Assembly: GCA_951406725.2 (NCBI GenBank)
Contig: OX597837.1
Coordinates: 17,794,001-17,858,000, forward strand
Direction of reading: 5' to 3'
Length of the DNA: 64,000 bases
DNA from: Octopus vulgaris
Lineage: Eukaryota
The notes below the pieces were generated by a model. That model did not search any database, was not told the origin of the DNA, and saw only the letters and a program-made list of their open reading frames with translations. Positions 28,549-41,803 of the stretch are shown here, piece after piece (position 1 is the stretch's first letter; the number at the start of each line of letters is the position of its first letter). A program made the translations under genes and the position numbers.

Positions 28549-29415
28549 TTATATATGTATTTATATATATGTATATATATATGTATTTATATATATGTAT
28601 ATATATCTATATGTATTTATATATATGTATATATATCTATATGTATTTATATATATGTATTTATATATATGTATATATATCTATATGTATTTATATATAT
28701 GTATATATATCTATATGTATTTATATATATGTATATATATCTATATGTATTTATATATATGTATATATATCTATATGTATTTATATATATGTATATATAT
28801 CTATATGTATTTATATGTATGTGTGTATGTATATATATCTATATGTATTTATATGTATGTGTGTATGTATATATATCTATATGTATTTATATGTATGTGT
28901 GTATGTATATATATCTATATGTATTTATATGTATGTGTGTATGTATATATATCTATATGTATTTATATGTATGTGTGTATGTATATATATCTATATGTAT
29001 TTATATGTATGTGTGTATGTATATATATCTATGTATTTATATGTATGTGTGTATGTATATATATCTATGTATTTATATGTATGTGTGTATGTATATATAT
29101 CTATGTATTTATATGTATGTGTGTATGTATATATATCTATGTATTTATATGTATGTGTGTATGTATATATATCTATGTATTTATATGTATGTGTGTATGT
29201 ATATATATCTATGTATTTATATGTATGTGTGTATGTATATATATCTATATGTACTTATATGTATGTGTGTATGTATATATATCTATATGTACTTATATGT
29301 ATGTGTGTATGTATATATATCTATATGTACTTATATGTATGTGTGTATGTATATATATATCTATATGTATTTATATGTATGTGTGTATGTATATATATCT
29401 ATATGTATTTATATG

Positions 29416-29456
<41 letters not shown>

Positions 29457-29477
29457 ATATATATATATGTATATATA
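28366..29477. repeat. TA-derived array with higher-order ~30-bp then ~38-42-bp units (TATATATCTATATGTATTTATATGTATGTGTGTATG)
   Basis: Regular spacing of ATCT and TATTTA variants from ~28600 to 29420. Confidence 0.92.
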
Positions 29478-31072
29478 TGAGGTATCACAAATAACTACAG
29501 AGGTATCACAAAAAACAGGTGATGAAGGTTACGGAGAGGGTCATAGCCCAACTAATTAGAGAGAGAGTTAGTTTAGATGAGATGCAGTTTGGGTTTGTGC
29601 CAGGGAAAAGTACTACTGATGCTATATTCCTGGTAAGGCAGCTGCAGGAGAATTACCTAGCCAAAGATAAGCCCCTGTACCTGGCTTTTGTTGACATGGA
29701 GAAAGCCTTCGACAGGGTCCCCCGATCCCTTATCGGGTCAATGAGGAAACTAGGGATAGATGAATGGTTAGTGATAGCTGTGCGGGCCATGTATAGGGAC
29801 GCTGCTAGTAGGGTGAGGGTTGGAAACGAGTACAGTGAAGAATTCTGGGTAGAGGTAGGGGTCCACCAAGGCTCAGTACTCAGCCCCTCCTATTTATCAT
29901 AGTCCTCCAGGCAATAACGGAGGAATTCAAGACAGGATGCCCTTGGGAGCTCCTCTATGCTGATGACCTTGCCCTAATTGTTGAGTCGCTATCAGAACTG
30001 GAGGAGAAGTTTCAGGTGTGGAAACAAGGATTAGAATCGAAGGGCCTCAGAGTCAATCTAGCTAAAACCAAAGTCGTAATCAGTAGGAAGGTAGGCAAAT
30101 CACAAACGCCTTCAGGTAGATGGCCCTGCTCGATCTGTAGAAAAGGTGTAGGTAGAAACTCTATAAGATGCACCAAGTGTAAGCTATGGACACATAAGAG
30201 GTGCAGCAATGTCAAAGGAAGATGGTTTTTGTATGTGGCAGATGCTCAGGAACAATAAACACTGAAAATGCTCTGAGACCAACTTCCGTCACTTTCCAGG
30301 GAGAAAAACTAGAAATAGTTGATAGTTTCTGTTACCTAGGTGACCAAGTCAGCAGCGGGGGCGGGTGTGCTGAAAGTGTAACTGCTAGAGTAAGAATAGC
30401 TTGGGCAAAGTTCAGAGAGCTCTTACCTCTGCTGGTGACAAAAGGCCTCTCGCACAGAGTGAAAGGCAGACTGTATGATGCGTGTGTACGAACAGCCATG
30501 CTACATGGCAGTGAAACATGGGCTGTGACTGCTGAGGATATGCGTAGGCTCGCAAGAAATGAAGCCAGTATGCTCCGATGGATGTGTAATGTCAGTGTGC
30601 ATAATTGACAGAGTGTAAGTACCTTGAGAGAAAAGCTGGACCTAAGAACCATCAGTTGTGGTGTGCAAGAGAGACGTTTGCGCTGGTATGGTCATGTGGC
30701 GAGAATGGATGAAGATAGTTGTGTGAAAAGTGCCACACCTTAGCTGTTGAGGGAACCTGCGGAAGAGGCAGACCCAGGAAAACCTGGGACGAGGTGGTGA
30801 AGCACGACCTTCGAACTTTAAGTCTCACTGAGGAAATGACTAGAGACCGAGACCTCTGGAAGTGTGCTGTGCGCGAGAAAACCCAGCAGGACAAGTGAGT
30901 CCATAACCCGTGGCCTTCTACATGGGATGGAGCCAGCCTACGTATGCATACCTTCCCTTCTTGGGACACAAAACTCTACTAGTGAAGACCTGTTGAGGCA
31001 AGTGAGGATCAGAATCGAAATCGATCAATGGAAATTGCGATCAATGGAAATTGCAGATGTGTTACCAGTGCC
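29478..31072 (+). mobile_element. RTE LINE fragment truncated at both ends (RT domain to mid-3'UTR)
   Basis: QFGFVPGKSTTDAIF, FVDMEKAFDRV, GVHQGSVLSP, LLYADDL (~29950-29970), Cys/His finger and WYGHV. Several frameshifts; no tail. Confidence 0.95.
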
Positions 31073-31392
31073 GTATGTATATATGGTATGTATGTATATA
31101 TATATGTATGTATATATATATATGTATGATGTATGATACATATTATATATGTATATGTATGTATATATATATATATATATGATATATATATATAACATAT
31201 GTATACGTGTGTTTGTTTTTTTTTTATATATACGTATATATATATATATATACATATGTATACGTATTTATATATATATATACATATGTATACGTATTTA
31301 TATATATATATATACATATGTATACGTATTTATATATATATATATATACATATATACGTATATATATATATATATATATACATATGTATACG

Positions 31393-31424
<32 letters not shown>

Positions 31425-31498
31425 TATACATATGTATTATATATATATATATATATACATATGTATACGTATTTATATATATATATATATATATATAC

Positions 31499-31535
<37 letters not shown>

Positions 31536-31654
31536 TATACATATGTATATATATATATATATATATATACATATGTATACGTATATTATATATATATATA
31601 TATATATATACATATGTATACGTATTTATATATATATACATATGTATACGTATT

Positions 31655-31685
<31 letters not shown>

Positions 31686-31725
31686 GTATACGTATTTATA
31701 TATATATATATATACATATGTATAC

Positions 31726-31757
<32 letters not shown>

Positions 31758-31779
31758 GTATATATATATATATATATAC

Positions 31780-31841
<62 letters not shown>

Positions 31842-32133
31842 ACATATATGTATATATATATATATACATATGTATATATATATATATACATATGTATATG
31901 TATGTATATTATATATATACATATGTATATGTATATATATATATATACATATGTATATGTATATATATACATATGTATATTATATATGTATATATATATA
32001 TATACATATGTATATATATATATACATATGTATATGTCTATATATATATATATATATATATACATATGTATATATGTGTATATATATATACATATGTATA
32101 TTTATATACATATGTATATGTGTGTATATATAT
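31073..32133. repeat. ~1-kb TA array with CATATG/TACG variants
   Basis: Directly visible; recurring unit (TA)n-CATATGTATACGTATT. Confidence 0.95.
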
Positions 32134-32346
32134 ATCATCATCATCATCATCATCGTTAACGTCCGTTTTCCGCGCTAGCACGGGTTGGACGGTTTCGACC
32201 GGGGTCTGGGGAGCTAGGGACTGCCCCAGGCTCCAGTTCTAGTCTGGCAGTGTTTCTACAGCTGGATGCCCTTCCTAACGCCAACCACTCCGCGAGTGTA
32301 GTGGGTGTTTTTTACGTGCCACCTGCACGGGTGCCAGAGGGGTCTG
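32134..32346 (-). mobile_element. ~210-bp RTE 3' end
   Basis: (ATC)n tail followed by the same 3'UTR as 23927-24128. Confidence 0.9.
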
Positions 32347-32529
32347 ATATATATATATACATATGTATATGTATACATATATATATGTATATATTTATGC
32401 AGATATATAGATATATATATGTATATATACGTATGTATGTATATATTTATGCAGATATATAGATATATATATGTATATATACGTATGTATGTATATATAT
32501 GTACATATATATATATATGTATATGTATA

Positions 32530-32918
32530 CGAGCAAAAGGAGCCCCCTCACAGTCCAATGGACGGTGCTGAGTTGTCAAACTTTTAGGCCAAATTTTCTC
32601 AAAACAACTTGTCTGACCGTCCTAATAGGCCTCCCCCTTTGAGAAACACTGATTTAACCTAAATTTGAGACACTAGCAAAAGAAGAAATAAAGATAGACT
32701 TTTTTCTATTCCAAGAAAAACGATTTTACAAATGTGTATTCCCACAGCTTTATCAATCACATTCTCACCTGGAATTGATTTTTGTAATTTTTTCATGACT
32801 TATATATGCCCCGATACCGTCAGTATCTACATAACAAATTTGAGCGCAATCAGATGGAGGATGCCCAAGCCCTAGAAGACACACACACAGACAGACAGAA
32901 TGGATTTTATATAATAGA
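32530..32918 (-). mobile_element. Non-autonomous Helitron, copy 1
   Basis: Minus strand: A|TCTATTATATAAAATCC, (CTGT)n/(GT)n near the 5' end, subterminal hairpin remnant CCGTCCATTGGACTG, 3' end TTTTGCTCG|T (AT target, no TSD). Confidence 0.8.
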
Positions 32919-33023
32919 TATATATATATATATTTATATATATATATATACATATATATAAATTTGGTTTAAATGTTTGATAACTCAGCACCGTCCAATG
33001 GACGGGAGGGCCGTTTTGCTCGT

Positions 33024-33066
<43 letters not shown>

Positions 33067-33146
33067 TATTTATATATACATATGCATACATATATACATA
33101 TACATACATACATATATGCATGTATATGTATATATGTATGCATATG

Positions 33147-33189
<43 letters not shown>

Positions 33190-33190
33190 A

Positions 33191-33567
33191 CGAGCAAAAC
33201 AGCCCTCCCGTCCATTGGACGGTGCTGAGTTGTCAAACATTTAAACCAAATTTTCTCAAAACTTGTCGGACCATCCCTTTGAGAAACACTGATTTAACCT
33301 AAATTTGAGACACCAGCAAATGCTCAGTTGAGATTAAATAATATAAATTTGTCCTATTGTATAAAACGATTTTACAAATGCACGTTCCCACGGCTTTATC
33401 GATTGCTTTCTTACCTGGAATCAATTTTTGTAATTTTTTCAAGACTTATACATGCCCTGATACCGTCAGTATCTACACATCAAATTTGAGCGCAATCGGA
33501 TGGAGGATGCCCGAGATCCTAGAAGACACACACACACAGACAGACAGAACGGATTTTATATAATAGA
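33191..33567 (-). mobile_element. Non-autonomous Helitron, copy 2
   Basis: Same termini (A|TCTATTATATAAAATCC ... GCTCG|T) with hairpin CCGTCCA-A-TGGACGG. An inverted duplicate of its 3' end lies at 32960-33026. Confidence 0.82.
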
Positions 33568-35844
33568 TATGTTTATGAAGTTAGTTTGGAAGATGCCTGA
33601 TTTGAAACCATGTTGAAACGGATATCGTTATATTTTACGATAATCATTTTCTTTCGTTGCCAAATAATCACACACAATATATATTTATTCTCTCATTTAT
33701 TATTGTTCCTATTTTATCCTATGTCCATTTTCTGGAAATCTTGTGTCACTCATATCTGACCTCTTCAGCAACTTTTGCATGCTGTGTATATTTTTCTGCT
33801 GTGTGTAGTGCATTCTGTCTTTCTGTGATGTGTATCCTTATCTGCGCATTTGTTTGTGCCCGTGTGTGTGTTTTTTTTTGTGTGTGTTTGTCTCTGTGTT
33901 TTGCATATATAATATTCATAATATTATCTATATAATGATATATATATATATTATATACATATTTTTTTTATTTATTTGTATGTGTTTGTGGGTGTCTTCT
34001 ACTATATCATTAGGTACGCCTAAGTTTTGTGAATGTGAGTACTAAGTCTTGTTGCTCAGTGTTATGGTGATAAGCCTGTAAATTGTTTATACAATGCAGG
34101 TCCTACTGCAATGCTCACAAAGTGAAGAAAGGAGAGGAAGACAGAGAAATGAGGCACATACACTTGGAAATCCTATCAAATGTCATCAGTATGACTTGAA
34201 AATTGCAAGAAGGGTTTTGTTCTTTTGCTGCTCATTTGTCAGGTGTGAAGTGTACCCATTAAATGTGGTGGATGTCCTGCTTTTAAACATATGCTATCCA
34301 ACCATTAAATATATGTTTTGCTTAACAGCAACATGGTGTTCTGCTATTACATGTAATATCCTACCATGAAATCTTTGATATCCTGCTATTAACTATGACA
34401 TTGTGCTCTTTAACACATGCTGTCCTACTGTCAAACAGTAATCTTCAGCTGTGGAATGTACACCTTCTCTTTAAACTGTATCATCCTACCATCAGACTTT
34501 CATCTTGTCTATGAGTTTACCTAAACTAAATAGTTTAGCTATCTATTATTGTCATGCCCGTGATAGTTGGTCATGTTATCCAGCAGATTAGGACTCCTTA
34601 CTGAACCTTACACTCATTTGTTTATATAAGTGCTTTCTGTTTTAAAATTTATTTTTTCAAAGTACTTGAGTTTCCTGTAATTTTAGTTTGACATCATCAT
34701 TGATTTTTCTGTGAACATCCTGTCTTTTCTTTTCTATTTCTCTTTCTACACACATATACACACACATGTAAACCCACATACATGTATACAAGATTTGTTC
34801 ATGGTGATAGTTCTTGTTTAGCATTGGTAGGTAAAAGATTGCATCTCTAGAGTAATTTTTTTCTATCAGTGGTTTTTGTATACTGGTCATTTAGCAAGAT
34901 TAACTGATGTATGCAGCATCTATCTGCAAAAAGTTACTTCCGCCAACAGTATCATATACAGCCAGCATGAAAAATTGGATGTAAAACAGTAGTTGATATA
35001 ACCGTTTTTAATAATTCCTCTAGAAGTATTTTGTTGAAGACATCTGGTTTGCTAAATTGTTGTTTAATTTATCTGTCTATTCTTTTGCTGTTTTCAGTCA
35101 TTGACTGCAATCAAACTGGAGTACTGCCTTCAAGAGCTGAGTTGATTGTGTAGACCTCCAGTCTAGTACTTACTACACCCATTTCTATTTGTCAAACTGC
35201 TTAGTTACAGTTTTGGACATGCACAAACATGCCCTGTGTGTGTGTATTTGTGTGTGTGCATGCACATGCATGTCTGTGTGCATGCACATGCATGTCTGTG
35301 TGCATGCACATGCATGTGTGTGTTTGCACATAGATGTAGTAAGCTTCTGTGCAGTTTCTATTCAATAAATTTCACCTTCAAAGCTTTAGTTGGTCTGAAC
35401 TAAGAAGGCATTTTCCCAAAGCGCTGCTTAGTTGGACTGAACCTGAAGCAGTTAGGTTGCAAAGTGAACTTCTTAATAACACATCCATGCCTATTTAAGA
35501 ATAAGTTTTATAAAATGCAACTTCTTGTTTGATATTGGCATAGACCCTCATCAGTTTTATCTAATTCCAGACTTAACCCTATATTGATGGTAGATGTGTA
35601 CCAATGGTAAACTGACATGATGTGATAGTAATTAGTAGCTAGCTAGATAAGTATATATATGAGCCTACAGATACATCAACATATTTGCAGATAGAGAGAT
35701 ATGTTAATAGATATACAAGTAGATATGTAGCTGAACTGAAGTGAAATGAAAAGAAATGAAAATAATCTCAATTGATAAATAATTTTGACTCAGCCTTGAA
35801 GGTGGTTGGACAGTGAAAAGTGTAGATTATATATATATATATAT

Positions 35845-35978
35845 TATAAAGTTAATCCAAACAAGAAAGCACAAAAAAACACAACAACGCGAGGACGTGG
35901 AACAAATATAGTATTATTGGACGCTCAGGAAAGAAGGAGGGTTGAACATTTCGAGTGGAGCTCTTCATCGGAAACATA
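35845..35978 (-). mobile_element. Probable Penelope-like terminal-repeat fragment with a degenerate minimal hammerhead ribozyme core
   Basis: Minus strand TTT-CCGATGA-A-GAG-CTCCA-CTC-GAAA-TGTT at ~35944-35975; CpG-containing insert next to a TA run. Confidence 0.55.
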
Positions 35979-38256
35979 TATGCAAATAAGTTTTATCATT
36001 TCAATTCATTTTTTATTTCCTTAAACTGTAAAGCACATCATATCTGTCAAAAATATTAAAAAAAGGAAAATAAGCAATGCCTTCTAAGTTCATTTTGATT
36101 ATATTTGAAAGTACAGTTTTGATTAAATAGCTGGATTTCAAAAGAATTTTTAAAATTCTTTGTGTTTAATATAATAACATGTTTTCAAATGTGTTGACTT
36201 ACACTGTCCTGCTAGTTAATATTATTGTTGTTGTTCCTTGTGTTTAATTTAAATTGAGATTAAACATTACGTAACATCAGTAGAGTTGTTAACCTGGCTA
36301 GCACCATTTATACATGTACACAGTGCCTCTCTTTTCTGGTTTATATACAGTGCTGCCACCTCTGTATTCTCAACTAATGTAATATCTTCCATTTGAACTG
36401 TCATTTATACAGTGCCACCTCTGTATGAGCCAATGAGGGAGACACTGTTGCTTAACCCAGAAATAGCAATCAAATATTCCTCAAATCATTCTGTCTCTTA
36501 AGTAAAGATAGGACACATTGGATATTGTAAGTTTTACATACTTTTAATCATAAGTATACTCATTCAGTTTAACCTAGAGTTAAAAAACAACATCTCTCTA
36601 CTTTTATTTCCAAAGCAGCAAATTTGCAAAATCATTAGAATATTGGATAGAATGTTGTGAATGATTCATTCCAGCTGTCTTCTATACTCTTCAAATCTTT
36701 GCTTTTCATCCTTTCAAGGTTGGCGAAGTAACAGTCCAGTAACAAATTAATTCATTTTTTCTCTCCATTAATACACCTGTAAGTGAAAGGTCCCAACCAT
36801 GTCACAGTGTGAGGATTGCATTAAAGGTGCCTGTTTGGTTGAATACTCAGGCTTAGAGTTACTGGTGTCCTTATAAGAGTAATTTAAGCATGTTCTGACT
36901 GGGAGTAAAAGCTACAAATACAGATGCAAAGTGTGTAGGATAATTTATTAAATATAAGAATATAGTATTTCATTTTGATATTTCTCCTCATTGTATTTTT
37001 GGAAATCCCTAAAACATATGGCGATTTCCAAGCATGTAGTGCTCCAGTTGATTCCCTGAGTTACCAATACATTCAGCTGGTTCTGCTCATCAACTTACAC
37101 ATTAATTTTCTGAGTATAAATTCTGTTGTACATTATTGAGACCAAATGATAAAGCACCTCTTTTATTAGCACACCATTACTCCTGTACTCCTATTTGCAC
37201 AACACTATCCCTGTACTCTTATTTACGCAGCACAACTTATTTACATAATCCTGTTTACTCTCAATACTGCACCCATATACTCCTATGTACATGGCACTAT
37301 GTCTGTATACTTATTTGCACACTGCTTGTGAATTCCTGTTTACAGACTCCTTTGTATTCCTGTTTACAATGTCCCAGCACGACTTCTGTACTCCAAGGTA
37401 CACAACATAGTTTTCCATAGTTTCAGCTACATTACACACTTGACACACATTTTCAAATACTCACAACATTGTGGCATAGTTGTAACATATATGAAAATAC
37501 TGCATAAGAAACAGTGTGAAGAATACGACCATCTCAAGATTTCATTTCTTTTAATTCTTAACTATTTTTATGTAAAGCTACAAGCATGGTGAAATGATTA
37601 AGATGTTTGCTTCACAATCAAATCTCCAGAGTTTGAACTCCTTTCGCTTCTGAGAGAAAGTGTGAACGAAGTTGAAAATTGTGCAGCCAATGCAAAAGCT
37701 CCTATTTTGTCATATTGCATCACACTGACCCTGCTGACAACTGTATTAAAAGTACTGGTGTCAATGGAATACTCAACCATTTAACATTACATTTCAGTTA
37801 GTAGATAGTTCCAGTGATCTGCAAACTATTCCAGATGGATGGTAGCTCCATATAATTTTGTTGCTGTGTGTGTATAGTTATACATGTATATGTCTGTGTA
37901 TGTGTATGCATATGTGTATGTTTGTAGATAAAACTGTTTCATGGTTTTATAATATTATAGTTTTATTTGTAAATTATTTTTATTATTTATATTATATGTA
38001 CAATCTTTGATGCTGCCAGATCCATGGAGAGGGAAGATGGATTCTGGAGCCAACTTTACCACTTCTCCCTCTTTTCACCATTTTCTCCCTTCAGTAGTTA
38101 TTTCCCTCTCCTCCTCTTCCTTTCTCTAGACAGGGAGCACATATACCTATACAAAAATACATATACACATAAAGTACCAAAGTTTTCTGTAGTGTGTCTG
38201 TCTACTCCCCAACAAAAATTTGAGATTGGGTTTGTGTGTGTGTGTGTGTATGTGTA

Positions 38257-38296
<40 letters not shown>

Positions 38297-38980
38297 GATT
38301 AGCAGGGGTGATGGTGAAGCAGGAAGGGATGTAAGATAATGAAGAAATCTTGGCCATGAATACCAAACATATGGAATTAGTTACCATTGAGGAAAGAAAT
38401 AGTCTTTATAGAAAAATAACAGATAAAATATAATAAAGATAAAATTAATGTGACAGAGAGAGAAAGAGAAGGGGGAAAGAAAAGAGAATAAAAGAAAAAG
38501 ATGCATGAATGGAGAGAGAGAGAGAGAGAGAGTATCTGTGTTACACAAATTGAGAAAGATGGAGAGAAAGAGCAGTTTTTTTCAAGTTATATAACTGAGA
38601 GTAGATAAATCTAACAGCTTCCATTGCGGTTTGTTGGTGTGTGTGTGCATAGCAGTAGTAGTTATACTAATGTGTATGTGTTTGAATGGAGCATAGAATT
38701 TGTATGTATAAATGTACATATATGTATTTATATTTATAAACACACACACACACATTTATGTTAGTGTGTGTATGGGTATGTATGTATTCCTTATAAATGA
38801 TGTATATGTATATATATTTGTGTATGTGCATGTACATCCACAATAAGGAAGAAAAATAAAATGTAATTAGGATATAAAGGCGGGCAAGTTTTGATATTGA
38901 CTTATTGTGGTAATGTATGTGTGTATGTGAAAAACACTTATAACTATATACATGACTTCTTTCTTTCATTCTCTCTCTCT

Positions 38981-39011
<31 letters not shown>

Positions 39012-39019
39012 ATGATTGC

Positions 39020-39900
39020 TCTATCTTTACAGATGGTTGCCATCTCTCAGAGTTTCCTCATTGTTGATGGCATTTCTGACCACTCAGATTAATTTTCAGT
39101 CCTGTTGCAGATCTGTATGGTTTGAAGCATACATGACAGATGAAAGTTGTAAGTTTTACTGGGTTGATCAGATTGCTTTGTAAGATATGATCCCTGTGAA
39201 TCACCATATATCTCTTCAGATCTTTCACGCACTACACATGTCAAATCACTCCAACTAGTAGGAAGGACATTGCATACAGTTGATCTTTCATAGGACTTCA
39301 GATGTTGATATACCCAGCCAAAGCCAGCACTTTAGGCTTTCATGCTCAAGGCGACCCTCTTCAAAAGTTTTACAACCTTCCCTTATACACTCAGCTCTTT
39401 TCAAAGCTAGTTCTTCCCAGTTCCTTAGATTGATCTTCAGTTCCTTCAGGTTGCTTTTTATGCAGTCTTTGTACCTCTTTTTGTGTGGTTTGTGCTGAGG
39501 ATGCTTTCCAGTGCACATCTCACCATAGAACAGCTTTTTTGGAATCCTATTATCTTCCATATACACCACATGGCCTGCTTAATGCATCTGAGTACATATG
39601 ATGAGTGACTGGATGCCATTGCAAGGGCTTCTGTATTAGGTGTTTTACTTCGTCACTTTTGATCAACGCTCTCAAACAGCTTGAAATGCCTATGGTGTAC
39701 TGTCCATGTTTCAGAATAGTACAATAGAGCCATTAGTATGCATACCTTGTAAATGTTTCATCTTGGTGATAATGCAATTTGCTCAGACTTTCTTTTCAAG
39801 CTGCCTAAACACTACAGATGCTTTCTGAATGTGTGGATGTATTTCTGCATCTAGAGAGCCTTCTCTTAACAATGTGTTGCCCAGGTAAACAAAAGTGTCA
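39020..39900 (-). mobile_element. Old RTE-clade LINE 3' fragment (a different family from the GAT-tailed one)
   Basis: AGHVVYMEDNRIPKKLFYGE..GKHPQHKPHKKRYKDCIK, with upstream LLYYSETW and F.YLG traces. Confidence 0.8.
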
Positions 39901-39959
39901 ACTACCCCATTTCTTGATAATTTTATATAACTCTTTTACTAGTTTCAGCACAAGAGTTG

Positions 39960-41803
39960 CATCTATGCTGGGGCACAGCTGTTAGCTTTACTGCACTTTC
40001 ACTATTTGAAATCTCCTCTGATATGTGGTATTTGGTGAATGAGGGAATCTGATGATGCTACTCTCATCTGTGTTTCCTGCTATGAGGTAGGCTCATCTGG
40101 AACTCATAACAGGAGGAGATCCAGTTTTGTTTTGAAGACACATCCATCTCATGCAGGCCTTTCAAGCTTTTTGGGAGTATATTGAATAGCTGGATACCCT
40201 TGAAACCCAAGCTGTTGCAGTATCTGGTTCGGTATCCTGATGGTAATATTGGGATCTTTGGCACTATGCTGTGGTACTCCATTTTGCTATTTGTGTAACG
40301 TCCAATAGCAATGTTTGTTGCAACTCTTTCCATGATTTTCCATATGTATATCACTGCATATCTTTCCTGCCTTTATTCTAGGGAGTAGAGTCTTAACTTT
40401 TTCAGCCTTTTCCAGGAGCTGACATGTATTGAACTTTTCATAACTTTGCTGGATTGCTTCAAGTTGTGCTGTTAATTTTACAGTGTGGTGACCATGGTTG
40501 GGAACAGTAGTCTAAGTGGCTGATATGTCTTCCAGAGGACCATCATGGTTCCTTTTTTCCCATTCAGAAAGTTTCGAAGGATCCAGACAGCCAGCTGCGT
40601 TTTATTGCCACTTTCCAAGTTTTACAACTATGCTGAAATTACACAGCTTGTGACATAATCATACCATTGCTGCTTTAACACCCAGTTGTGCTGTAAGAGC
40701 TGTATCATGCAGCTTCTACCTGGTCATAAACAATGCCTGGTGTTGGTCATCAAGTCATTCTCCTCTAGGAATGAAATTGGTTTCCTGCGGACTTTATTCC
40801 ATAACTTTGTTGATGTGTGAGGCCTGAGAGATAGACCTAATTCTTTTTCAGAGCTTCCCTGCCAGTTGTAAGCTCCCTGGCAAACTGAAGGTAGGAACAA
40901 TATATCCTATCCACAAAGAAGGAAGCAGAACAGATGTTAACTGCAGTGGTTTTTCAAGGACTCGGTTACATGATTTGTGAAGGGTTACTGGGAACCCATC
41001 AGTGCCAGCAGCTGAGTTTGGTCAGTATTACATCTTCTGTAATGTTGATGTAATTAATTATGTAGTGGTAAAGAACTTCACTGGTTTGTTTCACTTGCCT
41101 GTGTCCCAAAGCGATAGTGAAAACACTTTTGAACTGTTCAGTATTTCACTTATTCACATTAGGTTTTCTGTGAGGGGGCTGTCCTTTTGGAAGAAGGGCC
41201 CTGTCTTGTAGTATACTAAGGTCATTTGTATGATAAAGTTCAAGAAAGTTTTAAAGTTTAACTTATTATTTTCTATAACCCAAGCCTCTTTATCTGTTTC
41301 ATGGGATTGTTGCAGACTTTTCTCAATCTCTGTCAGTGTTGTTGACTTTTCACAACTGTTGAGATTTTGTTCAGGCAGTTTGTAATCTTTGTCTGTTGTC
41401 TCATAAAAATTTTCCTCTCCCTAGGGATTTCATTGTTGTGTTTGTTGGCTTGCATTGTGGACATAAACTATGAGTTTGATGTCAATGTCTGATGTAAAGA
41501 GACATTTAGGCCAATCCTGTTTGAGGATCTCTTTCTGAATCAATTTCCAGTTTGCTTTCTGAAAGTTCATTCAGACTGGAGAGGTTTCAGGTGGTTCATA
41601 TAGATTGTATGTCTGCAGATGCTTTTGGTCCATACATAGTCAGCATTATTACATTATGATCCAAGCCAAGTGTTGGTATCACTTTCACATTATGGATGAT
41701 ATCCATATTGTTTGTGAAGCAGAGATATTATTTGTCCTGCTTGATTGGAGCACAATTTGCTCCATGAATGAAGCATTGGTAAAGTTGAGCAGGGACTCTA
41801 CCT
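39960..41803 (-). mobile_element. Decayed CR1-group LINE, cut at 41803 by the Transib-like element
   Basis: IYIWKIME...NSLGFKGIQLFNILPKSL. 40690-41803 is colinear with a second copy at ~55650-57045. Confidence 0.82.

Noticed and set aside
34094-34369. Possible host exon after TGCAG at ~34099
   Set aside because: Short, unrecognisable translation; unsupported without transcript data.
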